Source: Takakia lepidozioides
Lineage: Eukaryota; Plantae; Bryophyta
Assembly (NCBI GenBank): GCA_030704615.1
Contig: CM060734.1
Location: 27,218,001 to 27,282,000, forward strand
Direction of reading: 5' to 3'
Length of the DNA stretch: 64,000 bases
The notes under the pieces were generated by a model, which saw nothing but the letters and a program-made list of their open reading frames with translations, was not told the origin of the DNA and searched no databases. This document shows positions 1-12,945 of the stretch, in pieces. Numbering within the stretch: position 1 is the first letter of the stretch; every line of letters starts with the position of its first letter. Position numbers and translations under genes: made by a program.

Positions 1-1218
1 TCGACAAACGTGCTGCATGTTGGAGGGAGGACAACGCTTCTTCTATCTGTGTTTCCCGCGATGCTAGATAGCCCGCCCATGTCACCCAATTCCGCCAATT
101 CCCCTTCAACCATGGCCACGATCGGATTTGCATGGCATTTGAGTACCGATATGCAACAGCCCTAGCTTGCTCGCGTTCCCCCACAAGCTGCTCTAATTCA
201 TGTTCTTGGGCCTTTGTAATTTGCACGACTGAACATTCCTCAGTTTCCACTATGGGGTCCTTCCCTTTTCTTGCCCTCTCCGCCGCAAGTCTTTCTTCCT
301 CAATCCTCGCCGGGTCCAGTTTAGACGTTTGCACTTCATTCCCATGCCTGATTGAGTCAACCCTGTCGATGATGCGGTCAATGTCCATTGGTGGCATATT
401 CAAACGCGCCAATATGTCTTGCTCGTTGGTGATTGGCCTCGGGTCCTGAAGCACACCGCGTACGTTGTCGAGAGTCCCCAACCCCATTCTTTCCAGCAAC
501 TTCGCTATTTGTCACCGTTGCAAATGAACAATGTCCTGCAGGTCTTTGATGTGCTGTTCATGTGCGGCCAATCGTTCTTCCAACGGAGAGCGTACCTCGC
601 CCCCCTCCACCTCAGACGTTGAAGGTCCGGCTACGGAGACCTGTTGCGGCGTATAATCTGGAGGTTGATCTGCATTTCCTCCTTCTTCCACCTCGTCGTT
701 TCCATCGAACTGTATGATGTCCTGCCCCTGACGTATATACAAGTCTGGGATATCAGAGAACATGTATAGTCTAGTATGCTGTCTCGCAGTGGCAGTTTGT
801 CAATCCACCGGTCACAATAAAATCAACTATGTGGACAACATGGCCACAAATAAATACAGGACCTTGTTGTTGACGAGCGGTTGACCCCACAATCTTGTAT
901 GTACCTCCTCTGCCCTATGGCGGAAATGTGGGTTGGCGCAGGAATGCAAGCTAGCTTGATTTTGTTTGGTTTGTGGATCATGCCTATCTCTGGGCCACAA
1001 ACGATTTATCTGACACCAGTCCACAAATTTCCTGCAATCACCAAGCGACCACCGCTGCCCCAACTTCCAAACTTCCCAACCTGGTTCCACAAGAATGTTG
1101 GGGTCATTGTATATGTCCCAACGAAGTTCGCGTCTGGCCCCTTTTGGTTTTTTTTTTGAGGTCCAGGTTCATTATCGTCATCCCTGGGATGACCTCCTCT
1201 GTCTTCCTCCTCCGCCAT
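1..1218 (-). pseudogene. Decayed gene of unknown function (acidic plus coiled-coil C-terminal half), runs off the window edge; probably a transposon accessory gene
   Basis: ORF pieces 1006..1218, 827..1090 and 512..763 join via a frameshift in the T-run at ~1148-1157 and in-frame stops. The reading continues to base 1 (…LEERLAAHEQHIKDLQDIVHLQR*QIAKLLEEW…RIEEERLAAERARKGKDP…). Confidence 0.5.
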
Positions 1219-1647
1219 TTATGGCTTTGGCTTACCCCTACTCGACAGGTGTTTGCTAAGAAAAATGCTTTCCCAACCCTCCTAAATCGTACCTAATCCT
1301 ACTCCCTAATTAATCCTCCCCAAGTACTAGAGGCACGTGTCACTCCCTCGGCAGTTCTAGGTTATATGACGCAATGTGCAATGAAAAAAACGTGGGTGCT
1401 AGAGGAGGGCTTCCCGGGAGGTACTCAGCATCGATTTCGTAGAATCCAACGGCCCAAAATATCCCCCACCCAACCAATAGCACCCCTCTCCACTTGGACT
1501 CAATGACAAGGAATGCAACATCCCATCGCCCACCAAGTCCTGGTGTGGAGAAAAATGAGGGAGAGAATGGCCTCCAAGGCCTTATAAGCCCCCCCTCCAC
1601 ACTCGGGGCGCGCGCTGTCATCATGACTGCGCACGCTAGTAATAGCT

Positions 1648-2375
1648 GCGACTGCCAGCAGGGGTGGTCGCATTTTTTTTTTTTTCCTTTATTATGTGCG
1701 ACCACCAGCAGGGGGGTGGTCGCAGATTTGTTTATGTTTTTTAATGGGTGCGACCACCAGCAGGGGGGTGGTCGCAGATTTTTTTTTAAAAATCAGCAGG
1801 GAGGTGGTCGCATAATTTTTCTTCTTTTTAATAGGCGCGACCACCAGCAGAGGGGTGGTCGCAAATTTTTTGTTTAAAACAAATAGGTGCGACCACCACC
1901 TGCTGGTGGTCGCACTATTTTCCTTTTCTTTAATAGATGCAACCACCAGCAGGGGGGTGGTCGCATAATTTTCCGATTTTTTAATATCTACCAACAGTCA
2001 GTAGCTCAGTTGGTTAAGTGCACTGAGTGCGACCCGGACGATTCTGGGGTCAAATCTTGCTACTTGATGGGTGTGGTATGGTTCGTGTGTGGTGCCCCAT
2101 TCCTACGCCTCTTGGCGCATAAATGAAAGAGGTTATTTTCTCCTCTCACTACTAAGGGGCCTGATTTGTGAGCTGTCGCTCCCAGGTGTTTCCCAAAAAA
2201 AAAAAAAATTTAAAAAAATCTGCGACCACCAGCAGGGGTAATCAGTAAATCAGTAAATAGGTGCGACTACCAGCAGGGGGGTGGTCGCAATATTTTTATT
2301 TTATTTTAACAGTTGCGACGACCGCTACTGGTGGTCACACAATTGTTTTTTTTTTTAAAGGTGCGACCACCAGGA
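1648..2375. repeat. Array of palindromic GCGACCACC-N-GGTGGTCGC motifs separated by A/T tracts (hAT-associated)
   Basis: About 10 copies of tgcgaccaccagcagggggtggtcgca variants at ~50-bp spacing, interrupted by a SINE-like insert at ~1996-2208. Confidence 0.9.
1996..2208 (+). mobile_element. tRNA-derived SINE-like element
   Basis: A-box TAGCTCAGTTGG (2002-2013), degenerate B-box GGGTCAAATC (~2047-2056), unrelated body, poly(A) 2195-2208. It interrupts the palindromic array. No clear target-site duplication (TSD). Confidence 0.6.
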
Positions 2376-2691
2376 GGTTGTTCCCCTTGCACCTGTATGT
2401 ATGTTTGGAGAGGCAAATGAAAAGCACATGTATCAACTCCCCATGGATTTGTGAAGGGGAAGATGAATGTTGGGAGCTGCACCTGGCCTTTGTGGATTTC
2501 GAAACCATAATAGGAAATCAACAATGTAAAGGTAATGACGAAACACAAACACACGCACAACCACCAAACCCTTTCTTGGGTACACATATTCCACCATTTT
2601 TATTTCCGTACACGTATACATGTACCCAAACTGAAACATGGATATCCATGGAAACATACTACACATCATGTGATAGAAGTTATGGCTGTAC

Positions 2692-5685
2692 CTAATTCCG
2701 TCTGGCACGACGACGATGGTATGATCTCACGCCTAGTACAAAATCTTTGTCCTCACTCACTTCACCCCCGTTCCCATGATCAGTGCTAGAATCATGATCT
2801 CCATCTGTTCTTTCGTTTCCAGAGGCAACTGGCCGTTGGACCCGTAGTCGTCCTCGGAGTACTTTCAGTTGTCTCTCTGGTCGATTTCCACTCCTATCAT
2901 GAATACCATCTAGGATATCAGGCTTGTTTACAGGTCGGTCACCAACAAAAGGTTGCACAATTCTCTGCCAATTCTGGGTTTGTCTCGGATTTCGTGGTGG
3001 CCTTGGAGCAGGTCTCGTATGAGGAGGGCTACTCGCACGTACATCAGAGGGGCCGACATGAGAGGAAGGGGCATGAGATGGACCAGCGAGGGTCGAGGGA
3101 GCACGGTTCACATGCGGACGTCGTCGGGCCAGATGAAACGACAATGGCCGGTCGTCGTCATCTGATGGTTCGACTTGCAAAAGTCCCGCAGCAGAAGAAG
3201 CATCTCCCAAGATCGGAGTAGCGATGGAAGGAATTACATGAGAGGGAGAGAGACTAGATGGACCAGCATGGGATGGACCGGCTTGAGAAAGAGAAACATG
3301 AGATGGAGCGGGGTGAGATGAAGCATGGTTCACAGGGGCACGATGTTGGTGAAAGAATGACAACGGCCGATTGTCATCATCTGGCGATTCGACCTGCACA
3401 TATCCCGGAGTCTGTGGAACTCGTGGTGGGGGAGAGTTGACCTCAACTTCATTGTTGAGAGTGTGCTCCACTGGGGGAAGGGGGTCCGCAATTGGGATGA
3501 CACCATGTCGCAGTTCATCAACAACAAGGTCATCGAAGGATGGATGCATTGCAGCATCATCGTCATTAAATTCATATGGGTCATGTGGAGGATTGCCCAC
3601 ATCATCGGATCCATCCCAACCGTCGGAGTTGGAGTCCTTCGCGGCGTTAGTGTCATCATTGCTGCTAGGTTGGACCTCTGAGGCAGATTCTTTAGACAAC
3701 ATATTCTTCTTGTACCATGCAGATGCGTCACTTGCTCTCCTCTCTCGCAGTAGCCTACAATTCGTGTAGACATAAACCAATTTGTCAGCCCTGGCAGGAT
3801 TCAACCTGTTGCGAATCTTGTTGTGAACAAACGAGTAACTGCTCCAGTTCCGTTCACAGGACGAGGCAGAGCACACTTGAGCAAGAATACGCTTTGCAAT
3901 GGGAGCTAATGTTTTTGCTCCAGCTCCAATCAGATCCCACCATTCATGTGGCAACATGTTCATTGCTTTTGGATCCGGAATGTCATGGAAAGGATTCTGC
4001 CGATCCGAGAAGCACTGGTACTCGGACAACTCTTGCTCTGCCATGTTCAAGGGCGCAAGTTGCATGATGACCCGTACAAGCCTGGCTTTGGCATCCACAT
4101 CGTCTCTCAAATCCGTATTGTCCAGGAAGAATGGATTCAGCAAGGCCCCCGCATAATGCAAGTCCGTGCAAACCATCCGTTTGCGGTCGTAAAATGCATC
4201 TTCGGTCCTTGCTGCCAAATCATCGTCCATAGAAAATGGAGAACGCCTCAAGGATTGCACGTGCTTCTCAAGGTTTTCCAATATCAACCATGCTTTACCC
4301 ATTATTGGTTGTTTTCCATCAAACTCCCACAAAGCAATCAACACCGGCTCCACCATGTACACAAAATTTGCACATTTCACCCAGAAATCGTCGGAGCGAA
4401 TGATTGCGCGGACCCTCCGACTTTTGCTCAAAGACTTGGACTTACGAGAGTCGCGTAAGGTGCCCACATATGCATCCCATTGAGGGTCAATGATCACCTG
4501 CTCCAGACCCGCCCTCACAGTCACCAGTCGATCCACCATCAAAAAGTTTGTGGCAAAGCGGGTTTCACCCGGGTTCCTAAGGCTGTATTTGGGTTCATGC
4601 TTTCTAAACAATGCTAGAGGGATGTGATGTGTACGAATGAACGTCACAACCGACTTTGCCCTTTTTACTAGTTGTTTCATCCATGATTCTTTTCCCCAAT
4701 CCTCCAAAAGGAGATCAAATATATGAGCAGCACACCCTTGGTAATATAGATGGGGATATCGTACCATCAAAATATCAGCCATATTAACCATGTTAGATGC
4801 ATTGTCCATGCACACTTGGACAATTTTATCAGCTCCAATTTTATCGATGTAACTCGTCAACAACCCTGCTTGATAACGTGCATCTTTTCTCTCCCCGCTT
4901 GTGTCAACGGATCCCAAAAATTGTTCCCCCGCAGGACAGACCAGCATGACATTGAACAGTGGTCGATTAGTAACAGAACTCCAACCGTCCACACATATAG
5001 TGCTTCCATATTTCCGGAGAGAATCACTTGTCTTTCCATTCACCTTTTGGGTGAGGTCAGACATAGCCTCTCCTAGCAATCATGTGCGGAGATCGCGATA
5101 ACTCGGAGGTGTGTATGTGGACTTGGAATCGGACGTGGCTTTGACAGTAGCCACAAACGCATGAAGCCTCGAGACATTGAACGGAATATTGGCCTCATAG
5201 AAAAATTGGGTCCACTTCTTATCCAGAGTCCTCCTGTGCGACAAATTTAAGCTTTCTTGCATTGATTGTTGCCTCAATGGTCTGGTCCGTACAAGTGTTG
5301 GCGTACAATCGGGTATTGCTCCTGACCCACCAGCTTCTCCACGAACAGTAAACGCCTCGCAAGAATCCCCCTGGGTACAACTCTGAGGGACAATTTGATT
5401 CGAACCTGGAGTGTTTGGCTCAGAAGCCGCGGCCACATCAAGAGACGGTGGGATATTGCCTCCACATTGGGCAAAGTGGGCTTTCACTCGCATGGAGGTT
5501 TTTGGGTACAAACTAACCCCTACATTCTTCCCATCTCTGTAGCCGAGGTGATATAACATGCGATCTTTGCGACCCGCCAGCTTCAATGCACAAAGATTGC
5601 ATTGAACACCGTCCTTTTTGTGCGGGTCTATGGTGAACCAAGGGATCCACTCCTCCTTCATCCTCACACCCAAAACCCTAACCAC
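2692..5685 (-). pseudogene. hAT-superfamily transposase (BED-like Zn finger, DUF659-type RNase H-fold core, hAT C-terminal dimerisation domain) with one premature stop
   Basis: ORFs 5080..5685 and 2692..5079 are in frame across TGA at 5080-5082. Motifs: CNLC…HL, FFYEANIPFN, PPSYRDLRT, DGWS, MDNASN, CAAHIFDL, TRFATNF, SASSCERNWS…RNRL…LVYV. Long S/P/D-rich tail. Confidence 0.93.
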
Positions 5686-6027
5686 AGACTTAAGGTTGAA
5701 CGAAGAACACTAGTGTACTTGGTAGATTTGTCAAGAGCAATAGAAGTTAGAATATAATGCGATGACCCAACACTACGGCATCAATCCAAGTGGATCAATG
5801 CACCATGTAGTATTGTGCTTTTCGACAATTTGCTGCAGTGGCTCTGGTGGAAGCCACAACAGCAAAAAGTCCGCACCCTCCTCTAGGGCTTACACTCTTG
5901 CTCAAGGAATAGAGAACATTCACTCGCCACAAAAGTGTTTGCCACAAAAGAAGTGAGGGGCATTTGGACCACCTTATATACCCTCCAGCCTCCAAGCCTC
6001 ACACGCTCGACGAATCAGATCCAATGC

Positions 6028-6466
6028 TGCGACCGCTCCAAGTCGCACGATGAAGTCGGATGTTATTTTTTTTTAAAAACTTCTACGACCACCCTCATGC
6101 TCGTGGTCGCACCTATTAAAAAAAAGAAAAATGTTGTGAACACCCTTATGCTCGTGGTCACAAAGATTATTTAAAAATAAAATAAAATTGCTGCGACCAC
6201 CCCCCTGCTGGTGGTCGCACCTATTAAAAAAACAGAAAATTTCTGCGACCACCCCCTGCTGGTGGTCGCACCTATTAAACAAAATAGAAAATTTCTGCGA
6301 CCACCACTATGCTGGTGGTCGTACCTATTAAAAAAAAAAAAATGTTGCGACCACCCCCATGCTCGTGGACACAGAGAATTTTTTATTTTATTTTATTTTT
6401 TAAGAAAATTCTGCGACCACCCCCCTGCTGGTGGTCGCACCTATTAAAAAAATAGAAAAATGCTGC
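6028..6466. repeat. Second palindromic GCGACCACC/GGTGGTCGC array upstream of the hAT gene
   Basis: About 8 copies of ctgcgaccacccccctgctggtggtcgcacctattaaaa, the reverse orientation of most units at 1648-2375. Ends abruptly where the 6465-8565 repeat begins. Confidence 0.9.
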
Positions 6467-8565
6467 AATGGCGGCGCTTTGTTTTTTCTTACAGGCGGGA
6501 GACAATAATGTGAATGCATCGTCTCTTTCCCTCCTCTGGCTTTTAATTTTTGCAGCGGCGCTTGTGTGGGGAAGTATCTCTTTCTCCCTTCTTAAACCTA
6601 GCAAGTGTGCTTGTATGCTTCACTTCTCCTTTGCTTTGCTGGAGGTGGCTTGGTGGTGGTGATGGCGCACAGTTCTCTTCCCCAATCGCTCAAGGTGCTT
6701 TTGGTGATTAGGGTTCCATTTGTTTTATGTCTTTCTCTCTCACTTTTGAGGTTCTTAGTTGACATCGATGACAAGTGTAGGGATCTGTGATTCACCTGGG
6801 GTTCCACAATCCTCACTAACCTGTTGGTTTTTGTGAGGGCTTGATGGGACCAGGTGAGGATCCCTACTTGCTTTGAATTCTCTTGAGCTTGCAGATATGG
6901 ATGTGGGCAAAGGGAGCCTATTGTGTATGGCGTCTTGACCTGGCTGCTGCCTGCAGCCCCGATTTCGACCCGCTTGCTCCTGGTTTGGCATGCCGATGCT
7001 TACTTTTGACTTATGTTTTGCTGCCTTTCATGGAGCATTTCGGCCTGGCAGGCCTGTCTCTTGAAGCCCAGCATCTGGACCTTACCTTGTCTTGTAATCT
7101 TTGACAGCGGTGCCTGTGGATTATTAAGCTAGGTACTGTTTTGGCCTTAAAAAGGAGGCGAGTTTTATGGGTAAGGCCTCAGTGGCTGTCAGGTTCTAAG
7201 GAAGAGGAGGCCCTGATGTTTAAGATGGCAGCCTGATAAGGCACTGACAGGCCTCTTATAGACCTGAATCTGGTGTAGAATGGAGCATAGTGAGGTTTAT
7301 TTGCCAACCTTGGCGTAAGCCTGCTGGAAAACAGCGTTGGTAAGCTCTACTGGACCTTTGACAAAGATTATTAGCCTTGTATTGTCATCAGGCCAGTTAC
7401 CTGCAATGTATGGATTATTTTTTGGCCAAGAGGGCTTGGTCCTGGGCACTCAAGATGTTTGTGTGTCCATGTCTTGAATCTGTAATATGGCAGGCCGTTC
7501 TTCTATTCCCAATATGCCTTGCATGATGCATGTCTTGGGGCAATTGTGAATGGTATAGAATGGGGCTGCAATTTGTCTTGTCATGCCCAAGAGGGTTACT
7601 TGGTTGCATGTTTGGAAACTGAAAAACTGCAGGCTGGTCCATCAAGATGCTTGTGTATACATGTCTTGAATCTGTAGTATGGCAGGCTGGCCTTGCATGA
7701 TGCATGTCTTGGGGTAATTACAAATGTAAAGAATGAGGCTGCAATATGCTTTGTCATGCCCAAGAGGGTTACTTGGTTGCATGCTTGGAATTTGCATCAA
7801 GATGCTTGTGTGTACATATCTTGAATCTGTAATATGGCAGGTTGTTCTTACTTGCCCAAGATGCCTTGCATGATGCATGTCTTGGGGTAATACTGATAAG
7901 GTAGGCTGCAAATTAAATTTTGTCATACCCAAGATGTTTGTTTGAAGGGCATGTCTTGAATCTGTAATATTGCAGGTTGGCTTCACACACACAAGATGTT
8001 TTGCTCTAGAATGCATGTCTTGTGGTAATTATGATGCCAGGAAAGGGTATGACAGGCTGCAACAATCTGATTTTTCAGTACACAAGATGTTTGCTTATAT
8101 GCTTGTCTTGTTGTCATGACCTATACATAAACAAACCCCGCCCTCCCACCCTGTTCTATCATGAATGATTGGGTGAAATCAATTAGGAAGTCATGACTAG
8201 AATGGAAGTGTTAGATGGTGCCCTGTTTATGGGCTGTTTATGTCTTTAATTGACAATGACCCTAGTAGGGTCTTGTCCATGTCTTGACATGACATGAATA
8301 TCTTCCCACTCTTCCTTTTCCAGTGTACTTGGTGGTTCTTGTACACACCATCTACCACTTTCCTTTCTGGTTATTTCTTCATCATGTTGATATACTAACA
8401 TGGTTTTTTTCTGGCCTGGCAGAAGGTCCCTCCATGACAAAGATATGGAGCAATGACCTTCATAAGGTATGTCCTCCAGCAAAAACTTGTTAGTGAAATT
8501 AAGCACGGATTTCTTTAAGATAAGCATAGTGCTTTTGAGTGTTGTCTTCATACTGATATATTGAG
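6465..8565. repeat. Body of a non-coding ~3-kb repeat family, copy A (5'-truncated)
   Basis: Colinear and highly similar to 55542-57665, from gcaatggcggcgctttg to tactgatatattgag. Internal degenerate tandem repeats at ~7440-8030. Confidence 0.92.
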
Positions 8566-8645
8566 TTGGGGCCAGGTAAAACCACCTGCAGGAGTATGTG
8601 TACACCTTCTACATGATTCGGTCAATGCACACTACTCGTGTTAGA

Positions 8646-8824
8646 CTTTGAAGAGGGAGAAACCTTATGAAGGGGTCTGGTATGCACTCCCTTACGGGGT
8701 GAGTGCATACCACACTCACTCCATAAGGGACTGCCATACCACTGGCTGGTTGGTGATTGCCCCCTCTCTCCCTCTGTCTCCCTCCATCCTTGGAATTGGC
8801 CGGTTTTTTCAATGTTAATTTCCT
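8646..8824. repeat. Conserved hairpin terminal module of the ~3-kb repeat family
   Basis: ctttgaagagggagaaaccttatg…gttaatttcct recurs at 54612-54790 and 57947-58126, and inverted and diverged at ~37670-37808. Contains GGTATGCACTC…GAGTGCATACC and CCTTATG/CATAAGG stems. Confidence 0.9.
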
Positions 8825-11800
8825 GCTCCATTGGTGTTACCAATGTAATCTGTGTCTGATTCTGTGTTTCAAAATGCAAATCATGCTGCAATGGTTTATC
8901 ATGGATACCACTGTATCCTTTCAACTTATTGGCATTGAGTCTTCCAAGCATCTCTTTGTTAATGGTTTGTAACATGGCTGTGCTGTTATCATACATCTTC
9001 TGTATGACATAAGGTCCTTTCCATGGTGACTTAAGCTTATAAGCTTTAATCTTTCCCTTCTTCTGCAACCACAGAACCAAATCACCCGTCTTAAAAAAAT
9101 TTAGTTTACCTTCATCAAATCGATCCTTCCTCTTCATTTGAATTCTGGTCATGTTATCTGCTGCATCAGCACGTACTTCTTCCACATGATATAATTCATG
9201 TTTCCTGACTTTAATTGAATCCTCCATTTCCATTCTCCTTCCCCATTCAGTTCTCACGGTAGGTAATAAGAATTCCACTGGAAGTAAAGCTTCCATACCA
9301 TAAACTAATTGGAATGGTGTATACTTAGTGGTGACTTTATATGAAGTCCTGTATGACCACAAAGCTGTCAACAGCTTTGTATCCCAATCCGTTCTGTTTG
9401 CATTGACTATCTTAGCCAAAATAGTGCATAGTATTTTGTTGGTGGCCTCTGCTTGCCCATTGCCCTGTGGGTAATAGGTTGTACTCTTCCTATGCACAAT
9501 CATAAACTCTTTAGTCAATAGTTCTATGATCTCATTAATGAAGTGACTACCCTGGTCACTGATAAATTCCAGGGGACAGCCAAATCTTGTAAGTATGTTC
9601 TCATACATGAACCTTGTTGTAGACTTAGCTGTGTTGTCCCTCAGAGCTTTAGCTTCCACCCACTTTGTAGTATAATCAGTGGCTGTGATTATATACTTGT
9701 TCTGTGTATTTCTGGCTGGTGGGTTTATTGGCCCAACAAAGTCTAGTCCCCATTTCTGAAATGGTTCAGTAGGCATCGTCAGATGCAAAGCCATCTTTCC
9801 AGATCTTTGCAAATGTCCTAGCCTCTGATACTCATCACAACTCTTGCAATACTTGTGCACATCTTTGAACAGAGTAGGCCACCAGTAACCTGCAAGTAGT
9901 ATTTTTCTGCTGGTAGTCTCCTCTCCAAAATGACCTCCAGCCACTCCTTTATAAACTTCTTCCAAAACTTTATTTACTTCGTGGTGGTACAAGCATCGTT
10001 TAAGAACTTCATCAGGTCCTAGCTTATACAATCTGCCACCTATCATAGTGTAGGGTAAAGCCTTGATAGCTATTCTCTTCCTCTGTTCCTTCCCATAACT
10101 GGGTAGGCATTGACCATGAGTAAGGTAGTATCTGATTGGCCACTGCCAATCTAACCAATCATCTGCACTCCCTTGCACCTCCACTGCAAATAAACTCGCA
10201 TCAGGTAGTTGGTCGTCTACTCCCGTGGCGGGCTCTCCTGTTGATAGGCGTGACAAGTGATCTGCCACAAGATGCAAACGGCCAGACTTGTAAACAACTT
10301 CGAATTCAAACTCGTGCAAGATTATTAACCATCTTGCTATCCTGCCACTTATCAAAGGCTTGTTCACCAGATAAATCAAAGCCTGATGATCCACATAAAA
10401 CATAAACTTCCTTCCCGATAGGTAATGCCTGAATTTCTTGACTGCATAAATCATTGCCAATGCTTCTCTCTTAGTGGTGCTATAGTTCTTTTCAGCACTG
10501 TTCAACAACCTGCTAGCATAGTACACAGGTGAATCTATGTTTCCTATGATATTTTGGGCTAACACAGCTCCCAATGCTTCTCCTGAGGCATCACAGTGTA
10601 CATGAAATACTACATGCCAGTGAGGGTTAATCAGCACAGGTGTAGTTGTTACTGACAATGTAAGTTCCTCAAAAGCCTGTTGACATTCAGCTGTCCATGC
10701 AAACACTGCATCCTTCTTCAAAAGCTTGCTCAATGGAGCTGCCATCTGTGCACATCGTTTAACAAACCTTCTATAATAAGTAGTTTGTCCAAGGAACCTC
10801 CTTAAACCCTTAACGTTACTTGGTGGTGGTGAGGCTTTAATAGCCTCTGTCTTTCTAGGATCCACAAGCAGTCCCTTCTTACACACAATGTGTCCCAGTA
10901 GTACCCCTGAGTTCACACAAAAAGTACATTTTTCCGGATTCAGTCCAAGACCTCTCATCCTGCATCTAGCCAAACATAACTCCAACTTCTGCAAGTGCTC
11001 ATTCTTAGAGCTGTACACACTGAAGTCATCTAAAAACACTTGCATAAAATCATCCAGATACTCAAAAGATTCACTTATCACCCTCTGGAAAGTTGCTGGT
11101 GCATTACAAAGTCCAAAAGGCATGACTTTGTATGCATAAGCACCCCAGTCTATGATGAAAGCTGTCTTTCCCTGGTCTTCTTCCGCCACTTGCACTTGGT
11201 TATATCCACTGAAGCCATCCATGAATGAGTACATCTCATGGCCTGCCACAATGTCCAGTACCGCTTTTGTAAATGGCAAGGGGAAGGGATCTTTCTTTGT
11301 ACAAGCATTTAGCTTCTTATAGTTCACACAAACTCTCAGTTTACCATTCTTCTTGGGAACTATCACAATGGGTGACAACCAAGTTGTATACTCTATCGGG
11401 TATATGAACTTAGCCTCAGCCAACTTCTTGATCTCTTCCCCAACCTTCTGTGCATAGTTAGGATTCATTTTATACCTAGCCTACTTGATTGGTACCGACC
11501 CTGGCTCCAATTCAATCTCATGCTGACAGATCTCAAGTGGTATCTCTTTCAGATCCTCATAGCTCCAAGCAAATACATCTTTGTATTTGATAAACAGGCT
11601 CTTAGCTTCCTCAAAGAATTCTGGCTCCAAGTCAGCCCCTACTTTCACCACTCTTGGTTCTTCCTCAGTTCCCACATTCACGTCTCTCACCTGCTCTTCA
11701 GCTGTGATTGTCCATCCAGCCACTACTTCATCCTGTAAACTCACAGTGGCTGGTTCTTCTAGGATTTCCATTTCTCCCCCTCTTTCCTCATAGAAATGTG

Positions 11801-12944
11801 GTGGGTAATTACTTGTTTCCCCCTCAATTGGTGTTGCTGTTACTGCACCACAACAGATACCTTTAAAACAACTTAGGCCTCCCAGTTGCATCTCTGCAAC
11901 CTGCTCCCACTCTGGGTGTGCAGCAAACAGGGTAGCTTCCTGCTCCTCATCAAGTCCTCCCCTCCAGTCATACTCTCTGACTCCACGAGGTCTTCTGGTA
12001 GCAGGTAGCCTACTAGATTTCTTAGTGGTGACTTGTATCTTGTGCTTCCCATCATGCACAGTCAGTAACTGGGAATTCCAGTCATGGAATACCCTGGCCT
12101 GTTTCAGCCATGGTCGACCCAACAATAAGGAGTAAGCTTCCATAACATCATCCATTTTCAATACAGTCATTGTGATCTTAAAGATCATCTTCTGAATCTG
12201 TATCTTAACTCCTCTTATCAAGCCTTAAGGTTGTACACTCATTTGATCTGCCATTGTTACTATAAATGGGGCTGGTTTCATGTTACTCATACCAAGCTTC
12301 TGCCTTAATTGGTCTGTCATAATATTCACTCCTGAGCCTCCATCTATCAGTACATCAGTCAAGTCTGTGCTTCCAATTCTCAATTGGATTACTGGCATAG
12401 AATCATCAAAGTCCATGACTGTTTCTTGTCCCTCAGGCTTCACATTATAACTTGTCACCTTGTTGCTCAGGTCTAGGTCCTCTGTCACATGAGCAATCTG
12501 ATTAATTGCTTGATACAGCCTGTGCCTACAATGAGGTGCCACAGCCAATAGCTGTCCAATGGTAATCTCAGCTTTGGTCTGGCATATTACTTCAGCCAGA
12601 GTCCCTTCATTACTCTGCACTTGTGCAGCGTCTTTCTTCACTTCATCTTCACCCTCTCCATCTTCTCTATCAGAGTCAGAAGAATCTGCCATAGGGATAT
12701 CAGTATTCTTCTGCATTTCCCTTATGGTATCAGCCACTTCCCTGTGTAGTTCCTTTTTATCTCTCCAAGCCTCATCATCTTCAGGCACATCACTCCCATC
12801 CTCATTATCATCTTCTTCCTCATCCATTGGAGGTATTAGTTTAGCTTTGCTTCTAGTTACTATCATTGTACTCACTTCTGGTACAAAACATGGCCTAACC
12901 ATGGGAGCTGCCACCACTGGGCCCTCATTCACAGGAGCTCTCAT
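8825..12944 (-). pseudogene. pol: Gypsy pol (protease, RT, RNase H, integrase) with premature stops
   Basis: VLIDGGSGVNIM (PR); LRVCVNYKKLN, MDGFSGYNQ, FLDDF (RT); CDAS…YYASR…EALA…DHQAL…ADHLSR (RH); GHFG, WGLDFVGP, SDQGSHF, GQAEATNK, WKGPY (INT). ORFs 12225..12944, 11481..12221 and 8622..11468. The last ~65 codons of the 948-aa ORF are read-through into unrelated repeat. Confidence 0.95.
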
Positions 12945-12945
12945 C

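Noticed and set aside
1648-2375. Regularly spaced palindromic repeats resembling a CRISPR array (also 6028-6466 and the 25.7-27.6 kb satellite)
   Set aside because: Spacers are low-complexity A/T tracts or are themselves repeated, there are no cas genes, and the context is eukaryotic.
6465-8565. The 2.1-kb direct repeat with 55542-57665 as the LTR pair of a giant retroelement, or as the Gypsy 3' LTR
   Set aside because: No TG…CA ends, PBS or PPT. The real Gypsy LTR is the unrelated 911-bp sequence at 38365-39275.
8622-8824. C-terminal extension of the 948-aa pol ORF
   Set aside because: Chance read-through into the hairpin module after truncation; copy 2 diverges at this point.
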